This document shows, one piece after another, positions 40,407 to 52,345 of a stretch of 64,000 bases of DNA. The DNA comes from an uncultured delta proteobacterium (GTDB lineage Bacteria > Desulfobacterota > Binatia > UBA9968), in the NCBI GenBank assembly GCA_963816145.1, contig CAWFJP010000011.1:224001-288000 (forward strand). The letters are read 5' to 3'. The notes beneath the pieces were generated by a model, which was not told where the DNA came from, searched no databases, and saw only the letters and a list, made by a program, of their open reading frames with translations. A program made the position numbers and the translations under genes. Position 1 is the first letter of the stretch, and each line of letters begins with the position of its first letter.

Positions 40407-40494
40407 CCGGGACCGCAACGATCGCGGAATTGGCAGTGGAGAAACGCCGGGTCGGTGAGCCGAGGGTTAAGCCCGATGCAACAAATCCACTCGG

Positions 40495-40611
40495 GGTGTG
40501 ATCGCAAAGTCTCATGCCATGGGCCGCTCAATGCTACTCCTCCTGCGCCGAACTTGCCGGACCTACCGTAGCGGGCTCAGTGCCCACAGATAGAGACCCA
40601 CTGGCAACACC
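40495..40611 (-). ncRNA. Candidate structured ncRNA (long irregular hairpin, SRP/6S-like)
   Basis: Nested pairings GGTGT/ACACC, GTCTC/GAGAC, CTGTGGGC/GCCCATGG, GCTAC/GTAGC, TCC/GGA. Confidence 0.35.
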
Positions 40612-40741
40612 ATGAAGGGCTTGCCCTCCGTGCAATCATCAAATTCCAACTGAACCTTCTGGGATTTTCGCAGCAAAAGATTGTTCAAAATGGCCAAATT
40701 TTCCTTGCAAGTCAGCAACGGAAGAGTTAGGTGAGAAGGCC

Positions 40742-41527
40742 ATGTTGCTCCGGGATGCGCTTGGATTGACGCGCGGCGAGATGGTTTCGCTGATCGGCGC
40801 CGGCGACAAGACGACCACGATGTTTCGCCTCGCCAAAGAACTGCGCGACCAGGCTTGGAAAGTGCTAGTCACGTCAACCACCAAGATTGTCAAGCCAACC
40901 AAGCCGCACATCGACCGGTTATTTCTCGTCGACGAACTCCAAGCTCTGATCGATGTCTGCGGCGAGATTTTAGCGCCGGTGATTATCGGCGCCGGCTGTG
41001 GCGTGAACCTGGAAGGCGAATTGATCGGTATGCCGGTAGCCTGGCTCGATCGCCTAAACCAAGTTGCAACATTTGATGCGATCTTGGTGCAAGCCGATGG
41101 CGCGGCATCGCGCTTACTGGAAATCCCGACGAACGGCGAAACGCTGATACCGCAGAGTTGCCAGACCACCCTATGGATCGTTGCGGTCAAAGTCCTCGGC
41201 AAACCGCTCTCCGAAGCTTGGGTGTATGGCTCAGCGCGGGCGCGCGATCTGCTCGGGTTGCCGGCCGATGCCAGCGTCAGCGAAGACATCCTGATTCAGT
41301 TACTCCAACATCGAGACGGCTGTCTCAAAGGTATTCCGTCCGGCAGCCGAAAAATCGCCATCATTAATCAAGTTGATAGTCCGGCAGAAATGGCGGCGGC
41401 CCAAGCGCTCGGCGACAAACTGCAAACTCAAGGATTCGACAGGGTCGTCATTGCCAGTTACGCCAGCGCCGAACCGGTTATCCACGGTATTGGCCCATTA
41501 GAACTTAACGTTGACGAGACTCGATGA
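40742..41527 (+). CDS. yqeC: YqeC-like selenium/molybdenum hydroxylase accessory protein
   Basis: SLIGAGDKTTTMF.LAKEL, VTSTTKI, ILVQADGA, IINQVD; upstream of mocA. Confidence 0.75.
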   Translation: MLLRDALGLTRGEMVSLIGAGDKTTTMFRLAKELRDQAWKVLVTSTTKIVKPTKPHIDRLFLVDELQALIDVCGEILAPVIIGAGCGVNLEGELIGMPVAWLDRLNQVATFDAILVQADGAASRLLEIPTNGETLIPQSCQTTLWIVAVKVLGKPLSEAWVYGSARARDLLGLPADASVSEDILIQLLQHRDGCLKGIPSGSRKIAIINQVDSPAEMAAAQALGDKLQTQGFDRVVIASYASAEPVIHGIGPLELNVDETR

Positions 41528-42111
41528 TTTCCGCCGTCATACTTGCCGCCGGCCGGGCTGAGAGAATGGGTGAGCCAAAACTTTTCTTGCCTCTCGGCGG
41601 CAAACCGGTGCTCCAATGGGTTTTGGAAAGCGCTCTCGCATCCGATCTCGACGAGGTGATCTGCGTCACCCGAGAACTCAACTCGGCGCGGCGCCAAATC
41701 AATGTCGCCGACGAACGCTTGTTCTGGCTGCTCAACTACGCCGCGGACCGCGGCCAGAGCACCTCCGTGATCGCCGGATTGTGGGCAGCCAGCGCCACCA
41801 CCGATGGCGTGATGTTTTTATGCGGCGACCAACCGCTGGTGCGCCCGGAGCTTATCAATGCGCTGATCGAAAAATTCGACGACACGTCAGCATGGATCGT
41901 CGCGCCGAGATTCAATGGCGAAGTGCGCAACCCGATCTTGTTCCACCGCAAACTATTTCCCGAATTGCTCCGACTCACCGGCGACCGCGGTGGCCGGCCG
42001 CTGCTCGACAAACACAAGCGCAAAACCGCATTGTTGGACTGGCCGGAGGAACTCTCATTTCTCGATATCGACGTGCGCGCAGATTACGAACGGCTCAAAC
42101 AACTGGCTTAG
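41524..42111 (+). CDS. mocA: Molybdenum cofactor cytidylyltransferase
   Basis: ILAAG...RMG.PK, GQSTS, GDQP, NPILF, GDRGGR, DID...DY. Confidence 0.85.
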   Translation: MISAVILAAGRAERMGEPKLFLPLGGKPVLQWVLESALASDLDEVICVTRELNSARRQINVADERLFWLLNYAADRGQSTSVIAGLWAASATTDGVMFLCGDQPLVRPELINALIEKFDDTSAWIVAPRFNGEVRNPILFHRKLFPELLRLTGDRGGRPLLDKHKRKTALLDWPEELSFLDIDVRADYERLKQLA

Positions 42112-43217
42112 TCACGTACATCTCGGCCCACCGCTTCGGAGATATGTTTGAGGCCGTCCCGTTCGAGCAAACGCAGTAAGCCTTTGTTGATCCGCTTGAC
42201 CGCACCCGGTCCTTCGTAGATCCAGCCAGTGTAAATCTGCACCGCGTTGGCGCCAGCCTTGATCTTCTCGTAAGCATCGTAGGCGTCAAAAATACCGCCG
42301 ACACCGATGATCGGTAGTCTGCCGCGGGTGTTTCGATAGATATGGGAAATGAACCGCGTCACCATCGCCGTGATTGGCCGGCCGCTCAATCCTCCGGGCT
42401 CGGGACCATTGGGAGATTTCAGCCCCTCGCGTTTGAACGCCGTCGCGTTGGTGGCGACGATGCCGGTGAGCTTCACCTGATCGACGACATCGATGATCTC
42501 GTCGACTTGGCCAAACTCCATATCCGGAGCGATTTTCACGAACACCGCCTTCGGATCGATCTGTGCCCGCGCCGCCAGTTGCAGATTTCTTTGCTGCACC
42601 GCCGTGAGCAGCTCGCGCAATAGATTTTTTTCCTGCAGGTCGCGCAGATTCGGTGTGTTCGGCGAACTCACGTTAAGCGTGAAGAAATCGCCGTGCGGAA
42701 ACAGCTTCTCGAAACAGGAAAGAAAATCCGCCACCGCGTCCTTGGTCTCGACGATCTTGGTACGGCCGATGTTCATGCCGAGGGGAATCTTCGGTCGCCC
42801 ACCGCGCGCGCGCAGGCGGTCGAGCTTGATCGCGATCGCTTCGGCGCCTTCGTTGTTGAATCCCAAACGGTTGATCAAGGCATCGTCTTCCGGCAACCGG
42901 TAGAGGCGCGGTTTGGGATTGCCGGGCTGCGCCTGCGCGGTAATCGCGCCCACTTCCATAAAGCCGAATCCGAAAGCGGAAATCATCTTCGGCGCCAGAG
43001 CATTCTTGTCGAAACCGCCGGCGAGCCCCACCGGGTTGGCAAACGTCAGCGGGCCAATCTTGACGACGAGTCGCTCATCTTCGGCCTTGTAGAAATCCTC
43101 GAGGGTAGCGTAGAGCCACTCGTTTCTGGCAAGCATGTGCAAAACCGCCTCGTGGCTTCGCTCCGGATCTTTGCGAAATAATATTGGCCGAATCAGCGAT
43201 TTGTAAATCAAAGACAT
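42108..43217 (-). CDS. pyrD: Quinone-dependent dihydroorotate dehydrogenase
   Basis: NPVGLAGGFDK, INRLGFNN.G, NVSSPNTPNLR, KIAPD, GGLSG. Confidence 0.95.
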   Translation of the reverse strand: MSLIYKSLIRPILFRKDPERSHEAVLHMLARNEWLYATLEDFYKAEDERLVVKIGPLTFANPVGLAGGFDKNALAPKMISAFGFGFMEVGAITAQAQPGNPKPRLYRLPEDDALINRLGFNNEGAEAIAIKLDRLRARGGRPKIPLGMNIGRTKIVETKDAVADFLSCFEKLFPHGDFFTLNVSSPNTPNLRDLQEKNLLRELLTAVQQRNLQLAARAQIDPKAVFVKIAPDMEFGQVDEIIDVVDQVKLTGIVATNATAFKREGLKSPNGPEPGGLSGRPITAMVTRFISHIYRNTRGRLPIIGVGGIFDAYDAYEKIKAGANAVQIYTGWIYEGPGAVKRINKGLLRLLERDGLKHISEAVGRDVRD

Positions 43218-43285
43218 GGCAAGGATGTATCGGAAAACAAAAATGACTTCCAGCAAACCAGCGGGTCGACTTTCTCTGGCGCACC

Positions 43286-43320
43286 AAAAAAACAGGGAGA
43301 ACGCGAACGCTCCCCCTGTT
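43286..43320 (-). terminator. Intrinsic terminator after the NIPSNAP gene
   Basis: Minus strand AACAGGGGGAGCG-TTCG-CGTTCTCCCTGTT followed by a T-tract. Confidence 0.7.
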
Positions 43321-43381
43321 ATTAGATGACCGTGCCCGTCCTAGCGTGGCACTTACCGCAATTTACGAATTGTTTCTCAGT

Positions 43382-43999
43382 TTATTTGAACGGCGCACAG
43401 GGTGCCGGAGTCATAATAGTATTTTCCTGCATCACGAGCAGCTCCCTAGTAGGCGGTGGCCAACCCTCGACCGTCTTTGACGCTTCGGCGCGCAAACGCT
43501 CGCGCTCGCCGGCGTCTTTGTAGGCCCAAACATGAATATATTGGTTAAGTGGCCCGATGATCGTCTGCCCGGCAAAAACCAGCGGCGAGACCTTGGTGCG
43601 TGCGCCGATTACTTTGCTCCACCGCTCCAAAACCGTCGGCATGGTCCCTGGCTGATAGGTATAGGTGCGGAACTCATAAAGCTCGCCCATCTTTTTTTCC
43701 GGTAAGGGCGGGGAAAACGGCGCCAGCTGAATGATCTTGTTTTCCTGGGTGACGATAAACTCTTGGGTCTTGGGCGGCCATTTGCCGGTCTTACGCGCTT
43801 CGCCACCGATCCGCTCTCGGTCTTCGAAGCTTTCGTAGGGCCAGACATGTGTCACGCGATTCAGCCCGCCCACTTCCGAGCAGAAAAGTCCGAGCAGCTT
43901 GGAAAATTGCAACCGAGCCGTCAGCCCTTCGGCAAAGCGTTCGACAAAGTTGTTGGTCATCCCTGGTTTCAACACATAGGTTCTCATCTCAAGAAACAT
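43382..43999 (-). CDS. NIPSNAP family protein (two repeats)
   Basis: EMRTYVLKPG...HVWPYES and EFRTYTYQPG...HVWAYKD. Confidence 0.88.
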   Translation of the reverse strand: MFLEMRTYVLKPGMTNNFVERFAEGLTARLQFSKLLGLFCSEVGGLNRVTHVWPYESFEDRERIGGEARKTGKWPPKTQEFIVTQENKIIQLAPFSPPLPEKKMGELYEFRTYTYQPGTMPTVLERWSKVIGARTKVSPLVFAGQTIIGPLNQYIHVWAYKDAGERERLRAEASKTVEGWPPPTRELLVMQENTIMTPAPCAPFK

Positions 44000-44226
44000 A
44001 GCGACCCCCCTTTTAGAAGTTTTCCTATCCTTTCCACAATCCCATGCGGTAATGCAACCGCAAATTTCCGCTCGCGCCGCAATGGTCATGAATCGAATCC
44101 GCCGGTTCAGCGGGAAAAAGTTGCCGGGCCCGGTCCTCAGAGTAACCGGCACCGACAGAAATTAGCGCGCCCGCGGAAAATACCACCAGATTTCCAACCG
44201 GTCAGCTGTGCGTCAATGCGAGATTA

Positions 44227-44790
44227 TTGGATGGCAGCGTCGTCGTCACCCTGACCCGAGAAGTCCTTAGCGACACCGCCAAGCTGGTGCAACACCGCAT
44301 TCGCATTACGACCGCCGGCATCGACCTCAAGCAAAATCTGACCGAACGGGTTTCTGTCGAAGGCCGCTACACCTACAAGAGTTTTTCCGATGGTAATCAC
44401 GCAAACGAGTTGCAATGGTCGACATAGTACGCGTTGTATTTGACGCCGCGCATCGTCATCGGCCATCGTTTTCGCCTGCTCGACTTTCAAAAGCAGAGCG
44501 GCAGCGGCTACTTCGACCCCAACAACTACATAGCCAATCGCGCATTCGGTCACTGTATTTCGAAAATCGCATCTATTGGTCCTACGTCGAAGCGTATCTC
44601 GGCTATGATAGCTATCGGGGCTACGGCGTCGTTTCGGCCAACTTCCTTCATGGCGGCGCCGGCAGCGTCGGCATCAAACCGCTGCAAAATCTTTCCCTTG
44701 AGATCAATATAGAAGGCGGCAAGTTCGCGGCTGGGCAACCTCGGGATTCAACTACAGCACCGTCGCGCCGAGAATCCTATTGCGGTTCTG
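44227..44790 (+). pseudogene. Fragment of an outer-membrane beta-barrel protein
   Basis: Amphipathic strands (EGRYTYKSFSDGN, GSGYFDPNNY), with an in-frame TAG at 44425, frameshifts and no start. Confidence 0.45.
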
Positions 44791-44929
44791 AGGCGCTTAC
44801 AGTGCCCTTAGCGCGCTTCCTTAACCGAGACCATCGTCAAAGCGCCGCGCTCAAGGATGGCTAGCGAAGGGGTTCCCGACAGAAGTTCTGTCTTATGGGC
44901 TGTTATTTGCAATACAACAACCTGGCGAC

Positions 44930-45706
44930 TCACATAAATCTCTTGCCACCCATGTCGGCAAGCAGGGACACTAGGCGCGGCGACTTTCTCTTTCTCTTAG
45001 CATCGAGGGCTTTCTCCAGATCATCTCCGCCGCTCATGGTTTGTTTGGTGCTCTCAATCTCGACAGATTTTGCCGACAGGGTGAAGTCCTTTTCTCGACT
45101 ATCGCTCTTCAGCCTTTCTATGTCGAATGACGTGCGATCTTCAAATTCCTTTATCATGTCCGTGGTATCCTCTGTCGGATTATCTTGCGACTCGTCCAGT
45201 AATAGCATGGGCGTTGCGCCGCTAGATGACAGACCACTGACAAGACGGTTCAAAGACTCCGCGGCGGCTTTGAGATCCGTCAACGCAATTTCGCGAATCT
45301 GCAGCAGCCGGTCTTTTTCTCTAATCTGTCCTTTAAGATCTTCCATCCCGGCGATAAATTCTTCCTGTAGCTCTGTGACTGCGGTTTCTTTGCTCTGGAG
45401 CGTTTGCTCCATTTCCATGATTTGAATCGTTAGCGCGCTCTTCTCGCTTTCAAGGCTTTGCTGACGCTCGCGCTCCCACTCGGCATCCTGTAACGCTGAG
45501 GTGGCGGCTTGCGTGATGATGGCTTCAAACCGGTTCGCCTGCTCGCTCAAAATCTCCTTTTCCAGAGCCAATTCGTCCAGCGCGGCTCTGAGTCGGGACT
45601 CGTGAGAGTCGATGGTGCGAAGACTTTTTTGGATCTGCTTCACCTCATTGGAGAGAAGCATGAGATTACGGAACAACTCTTTGTCGCTTGCTACGTCTGA
45701 GATCAT
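44930..45706 (-). CDS. Coiled-coil hypothetical protein
   Basis: E/Q/K/L-rich heptads. Confidence 0.55.
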   Translation of the reverse strand: MISDVASDKELFRNLMLLSNEVKQIQKSLRTIDSHESRLRAALDELALEKEILSEQANRFEAIITQAATSALQDAEWERERQQSLESEKSALTIQIMEMEQTLQSKETAVTELQEEFIAGMEDLKGQIREKDRLLQIREIALTDLKAAAESLNRLVSGLSSSGATPMLLLDESQDNPTEDTTDMIKEFEDRTSFDIERLKSDSREKDFTLSAKSVEIESTKQTMSGGDDLEKALDAKRKRKSPRLVSLLADMGGKRFM

Positions 45707-46192
45707 GGTTCACTCCTTATGGTTCATGAGGCGAGCCCCTCGCTCAGCCTTGCCCTTGCTAAGTATAGCCGCATCTTCACGAGTCACAGGCCCGGCAAAG
45801 GGCAATAAATATACCAGGAACGCCCTCAAGGACCTTGAACGCTCAGAAAATCTTTGACGGTCAAGCGGTTAGATTTGACGAAGACATCAAATAGGTTAGC
45901 TCGTGCGAAGAGCGCAGATTTTGCCGAATTTGACACTTTAATGACAAATTGACAGACAATTTGACAAATAATACATAGAGTTCCTTAGTGTTGCTAGATA
46001 ACTCCAATAACTGCCAGGTCCGAGCTGAAATCGATCTCAGCCGTTAAAAAGTGGTCTAAAAGTTAAAAGTATTTGCCGCTGGCGGCATCAACAAAAAAAA
46101 TAAGACTATACGGCATGCCCGACGATACACACCCGATCCTAACCCCATTTGCGGACAAGGGTGCCCCCTTTTCTAATCGTCGCTGCCTCCCC

Positions 46193-46228
46193 AAAAGCAA
46201 AGGGCCCCGATTTCCCGAGGCCCTTTGC
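46193..46228 (-). terminator. Intrinsic terminator after the M4 peptidase
   Basis: Minus strand GCAAAGGGCCTCGG-GAAA-TCGGGGCCCTTTGC-TTTT. Confidence 0.7.
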
Positions 46229-46270
46229 CAATTATTGCGGCGTGAACGGATCACCGCCCCCGCATAAGTG

Positions 46271-47892
46271 CTATGGCCGGTTGACCGCGGTCCACGCCGC
46301 AGCCACGGCATTGTACTCAGGGCTGCCGTTACCGTAGAGGTCGCTCGCGGCCTTCAACGTCACCGTGCGGGCGGCCGCGTAGTTGGTACTTGAAGTCATG
46401 TACAGCGTGAGCGCGCGGAACCAGATCTTTTCGGCCTTGGCGCGGCCGATGCCGGTGAGCGTGCCGGCGCCCGACGCGACCCGCGTGTTGCCCGCGACAC
46501 AGGTCGGGCTGGGGCTGCCGTTGGTCGTGCCTTGGGCCAGTAACTAGAAGAAGTGGTTGGCGACGCCGGAACTGTAGTGTACGTCGAGCGAGCCCATCCC
46601 AGAGTACCAGCAATCGGCCGACCGGCCGTCAGCACTCGGCTTGATCATTGAGCGAAGCCACGACGTACCATTCTTGTAGAGTTCCTCGCCGATCAGGTAG
46701 TCGGGCGTGTCGTTTTGGTTGTTGGCGTAAAACTCAACCATGGTGCCGAAGATGTCGCTGGTGGCCTCGTTGAGTCCGCCCGACTCACCAGAGTAGGTCA
46801 GGTTCGCGGTGCGGCTGGTCACCCCGTGGGTCATCTCGTGTCCGGCCACGTCAAGCGAGTCGAACGGGTTAAATGTGACACCGTCGCCATCACCGTAGGT
46901 CATACAGAAGCAGGAGTTCGACCAGTAGGCGTTGTTATAATTACGGCCGAAATGCACGCGGCTGTAGGCGCTTTTTTTGTCGTTGGCGATGCCTTCGCGC
47001 TGGTGCACATTTTTATAGTAGTCCCAAGTCATCGCGGCGCCGTATTGCGCGTCGACGCCAACGGTCTGACGGTTCGACAGCAGTCCGGAGCCCCAGCTAT
47101 TGTCAGTATCGGTGAAGACCGTCCCGCTGCCGCCCTGCTTGTTCTTCATGTCCACCGTGTGCTGGTTGCCACGGCTCGGGTCACGCAGGTAATAGGTGCT
47201 GCCGACCAGGTCGGTGGTGCGGGCGACAGTGCCGTTGAAGAAGCCTTGCCAGTCCCAGGTGTAGCGCCGGTATGAATGTCATCCCATGCGTCGAGCACAT
47301 TACCGCTCACCGCATCGATAATGACATGCAGTTCACTCGGTGTTCCGTCGTTTTGCGCACCGGTAACGAGGACATCGTAGGCGAGCACCGGAGTCGCGCC
47401 GCGGGCGAAGACAATCAACTCGGGCTGGGATCCAGACGGCCTGTGGCTGGTAAACCGCGCGATGGCCGCACGGACTGCGCCCTGCGGCGAAAGCGACGGC
47501 TGCGTCGATAGCGTGAGGTCACTAGAGAGCGTCTGGGACACACCTGTGAACTGACCGTTCGCAGCGGTGTGCATGACCAAATCTCCCCCGACAACACGAA
47601 GTCCCCTGTAGGTGCGGTCGAACCGGACATGCTCCGTGCCATCGGCGTCGATGATAGCATCGCGCACGACGAGATCCTGGTCGGGGCCGAAGTGTGTGAC
47701 CGCCGCGTTGGCCGCCGCATGGCTGCGTGCAAGCGCGATCGCCTGCGCTCGATCCGCGGCAGCGTTCTGGGCGCGAGCAGGTACTACTCCGCAAATGAAC
47801 GCCAGCACGATGAGGGCCGTCGCCCAAGCTTTGGTTCGCCCTCCGTGCGAACAAGCCGCGCCGGTTGTCGGTTTAGTGGTGCAATCGATCAT
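46271..47892 (-). pseudogene. Secreted thermolysin-family (M4) metalloprotease with FTP/PepSY propeptide; frameshift ~47245 and in-frame TAG at 46544
   Basis: NNAYW, YGDG, VAGHEMTHGVT, GGLNEATSDIFG, VHYSSGVANHFF*LLAQG. Confidence 0.85.
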
Positions 47893-49086
47893 ACGACCTC
47901 CTCGAAGGTTTACTTTTATAACCATTAATTCATTTACCTCATCGATCGCCCAGCGCAATGAAACATCCAACTCTCCCTAGGCGGCCGCTCAAAGGTGAAT
48001 TAATGCTATCCAGTCGCGTATCAAACTCCCTACGGTACTCTCGTACTCACGCTGTCATCTGCTACCATGGCTAAACGCGTTGTTACTTTTAAAGTTACGT
48101 TCCACGCCAGTTCCGATGTGAAAAAACCAATGCTTGGCACCACCTATACTTCTGATCGTATGAAGCAGTGCAGCGTACACCGATAGAGATCAATTAGTTC
48201 GACAGTGTCACCCTAAAAACTGTCGATGGATTCTGCCAACCCCTGGACAATATCGCGCATTTTCTACCCGAGAAATTTCCCCGACCAACTCAAGCAGGCA
48301 TTTATGCCGGACGTCAAATCACCCCCGCTTAGAATCTCTAATCTCTTTTTTGCGCATTTTGGAGCAATCTCCACTTTCCTTCGATCGCAACATCTACGAT
48401 GACATCGGACCGTAATCGTTGCATCAACAGTCGTGCCGGTGATTCGATTAATCGCTCGGTGTTGTGCAAGACTAAAATTTCCCCGAGACAATAAATTGCA
48501 GTTAAAATTTCTTAAATCGAAAAGAAATTGAGCAAGGCCTACGTGCCGCCAAAAGTTCACCAATCGCATCGTGTCCAGATTCCCCCAAGTTCATCTGGGC
48601 AGTCATGCGACTGACAGAAACACCGATACACTCAGCCGTTCCAGTTAATAACGGTAATCGCCATACCCATTCGTCGACACCGGATAAGTTTGACGCCGCT
48701 AACACTTCCGTCGCAAATTCCTAATAAATTCGGGCCCATCGGCTCTAGCTTTGAATGCGAAGAGCCTTGGCGCAAATGTCGCCGCGGATCGAAGAGATTC
48801 ACAATCGGTTCGCCACTGTGGAGGAGGGCTGGTTTAAAATCGTTTTTTGGGCTATGAGGTTTTTGTCAATAAACTTTGTCGTTGCGAGATTGCGTAGCCG
48901 ACGCCATGGGACAATTTCACGCAGAGTCGCAAAGATAAATCGGGTTTCCGATTGTTGGCGATTTAGCAATCACCAATCGCCATTGCAAAGCACGAAAGGC
49001 AGCGGGATATATCTTGGCAAACGATGAAACCTCGCACCAATCGCAATTCAAATGATGCGCGATACAAACTGCCTTCCATCGCCTAG

Positions 49087-50256
<1,170 letters not shown>

Positions 50257-50479
50257 TTCCTTTAGCGCTTTCTACAGCACAAAACATTGTGGTCGGCGCA
50301 AGGTGCCGATAGCAAATCTAGCGGCATTATTTCTTGCCGCGTCATCGATCATTTCACCGGAGAATTTGCCGGGAAAACGGCTTGCAGTTTCACCAATTTC
50401 TCACTATAAGAAGGCCCTAGTGGTTTTTTCCGGCCTGGGCTGAAAATTCCGCGCAATAGTTTCTGAGAAAGGAACAGCG

Positions 50480-50947
50480 ATGAATAAGAAGATCAAATTC
50501 CGCGTTAACGGCAAACGACATGAGGTCGAGGTCCCGACCAATCGCCTGTTGATCGACTGTTTGCGTTACGATCTCGGACTGACCGGCACCAAGGAAGGTT
50601 GCAGCGTCGGCGTCTGCGGTGCCTGCACAGTGCTGATGGACGGTGACATGATCAGCTCTTGCCTGACACTAGCGGTGATGGCGGACGGTCATGATCTAAC
50701 CACGGTGGAGGGGCTGGCGAAGAACGGCGAACTCAATCCGGTGCAAAAGAGCTTTATCCAATATGGCGGTTTTCAATGCGGTATCTGCACCCCCGGCCAG
50801 GTGGTTGCCGCCACCGCGCTGTTGAAAGAAAACCCCAAACCCAACGAAGACGAAATCAAGGACTGGATGATGGGCAACCTGTGCCGCTGCACCGGCTACT
50901 ACAAGATCATCGAATCGATCCAGAAAGCGCATCAATTCGCGAAATAA
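50480..50947 (+). CDS. coxS: Xanthine-oxidase-family 2Fe-2S subunit (CoxS-like)
   Basis: GTKEGCSVGVCGACTV, QCGICTPG, GNLCRCTGY. Confidence 0.88.
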   Translation: MNKKIKFRVNGKRHEVEVPTNRLLIDCLRYDLGLTGTKEGCSVGVCGACTVLMDGDMISSCLTLAVMADGHDLTTVEGLAKNGELNPVQKSFIQYGGFQCGICTPGQVVAATALLKENPKPNEDEIKDWMMGNLCRCTGYYKIIESIQKAHQFAK

Positions 50948-50960
50948 TAAGGACACAGCC

Positions 50961-51896
50961 ATGATACCTTTTGAATATCGCACCCCGAAAAATCTCAAAG
51001 AAGTCCACGCGACACTGAAAGAATTTGGCAGCGACGCCAAGCTGATCGCCGGCGGCACAGCATTGGTGATCATGATGAAACAACGCTTGGTCCGGCCCAC
51101 CTGTTTGGTCAGCCTGCGCTCGGTGCGCGGCTTGAACGGCATTGAGGTCAAAGACGGCGGCCTGTCGATTGGTGGTCTGGCCACCCACAGAGCAGTGGAA
51201 AGCTCCTCCTTAGTGCGCCGGCGCTTGCCGATGCTGGCCGAAACCTATCACCATGTCGCCACCCTGCGCGTGCGGAATATGGCAACCGTCGGCGGCGGCT
51301 TAGCTCACGCCGATCCCAACCAGGATCCGCCGCCGAGCCTGATCGCGCTCGGCGCTACTGTGAAAGCCACCTCGTCGACTGGCAGCCGGGTGATTCCCCT
51401 CGATGAGTTTTTTAAAGACTACTATGAGACCGTGCTCAATCCCGACGAGGTCGTCACCGAAGTGATGGTGCCGAAGCAGGCAGCCAACACCGGCGCGGCA
51501 TATATCAAATTTCTTCCGCGTACCGCCGATGACTATGCCACCGTTTCCGCGGCAGCGGTGCTGACTCTCGATAAATCGATGAAGACCATCGCCGATGTGC
51601 GCATCGCGCTAGGCAGCGTTGGCGTGACACCGATCCGCGCCACCGCAGCCGAAGCAGTGCTACGCGGCCAACCGCTGAAAGCCGAAGCCTTCGCTGAGGC
51701 GGGGGAAAAGGCTAAACAAGCCGTCGACCCGGTCAGCGATTTCCGCGGCTCGGCAGCTTACAAGACCGATATGGCCGCGGTGTTCGTCCGGCGCGCCTTA
51801 GAAAAAGCGCTGGCCGATATTCGCCAGCAGGCGAAAGCCAAGGCGGCACCCAAACCGGCTAAAAAGAAGACCGTCAAGAAAGGCAAAAAACGTTGA
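50961..51896 (+). CDS. coxM: Xanthine-oxidase-family FAD subunit (CoxM-like)
   Basis: LIAGGT.L, VRNMATVGG.LAHADP, DFRGSAAYK. Confidence 0.88.
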   Translation: MIPFEYRTPKNLKEVHATLKEFGSDAKLIAGGTALVIMMKQRLVRPTCLVSLRSVRGLNGIEVKDGGLSIGGLATHRAVESSSLVRRRLPMLAETYHHVATLRVRNMATVGGGLAHADPNQDPPPSLIALGATVKATSSTGSRVIPLDEFFKDYYETVLNPDEVVTEVMVPKQAANTGAAYIKFLPRTADDYATVSAAAVLTLDKSMKTIADVRIALGSVGVTPIRATAAEAVLRGQPLKAEAFAEAGEKAKQAVDPVSDFRGSAAYKTDMAAVFVRRALEKALADIRQQAKAKAAPKPAKKKTVKKGKKR

Positions 51897-52345
51897 AATT
51901 CTCCCAGACAGCCCAGATTCCCGTCGCCCGCGAACCGCTTTGGAATTTTTTGATGGATGTACCCAAGGTCGCCAAGTCGCTGCCCGGGGTGGAGTCGGTC
52001 AGTCAAATCGACGACACGACTTATGAAGGCGCCTTGACTGTGCGCGTCGGTCCGATCAAGCTCAACTTGCAAGGTAAAATCATTCTCGAAGAGCGAAACA
52101 AAACTGATTGGCGTGCGGCGCTGCGTGCCGAGGCAAAAGACCGCATGGCGGCAGGCGCCGTGAACGGCAAGACCATCATGAACCTGAAAGAGATCGGCGC
52201 CGGTATGACCGAGCTGCTTGTCGAGACCGATGTCAATATTCTCGGTAAAATCGGCGAGTTCGGCCAACCGATCATCCGCAAGAAAGCCGACGCGATGCTC
52301 AAAGAGTTCGTCGAGAACATCAAGAAACAGTTAAGTGGGCAGTAA
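51893..52345 (+). CDS. coxG: CoxG (SRPBCC) protein
   Basis: LWNFLMD, LPGVE, VGPIK, GKIGEFGQ. Confidence 0.85.
   Translation: MKFSQTAQIPVAREPLWNFLMDVPKVAKSLPGVESVSQIDDTTYEGALTVRVGPIKLNLQGKIILEERNKTDWRAALRAEAKDRMAAGAVNGKTIMNLKEIGAGMTELLVETDVNILGKIGEFGQPIIRKKADAMLKEFVENIKKQLSGQ

Noticed and set aside
48135-48150. TGGCAC as a sigma54 promoter
   Set aside because: It lacks the -12 GC at the required spacing and has no downstream gene.
50480-51896. 4-hydroxybenzoyl-CoA reductase (HcrBC) or true CO dehydrogenase
   Set aside because: The FAD subunit lacks the HcrB Cys-rich [4Fe-4S] insertion, and there is no large subunit to assign function.
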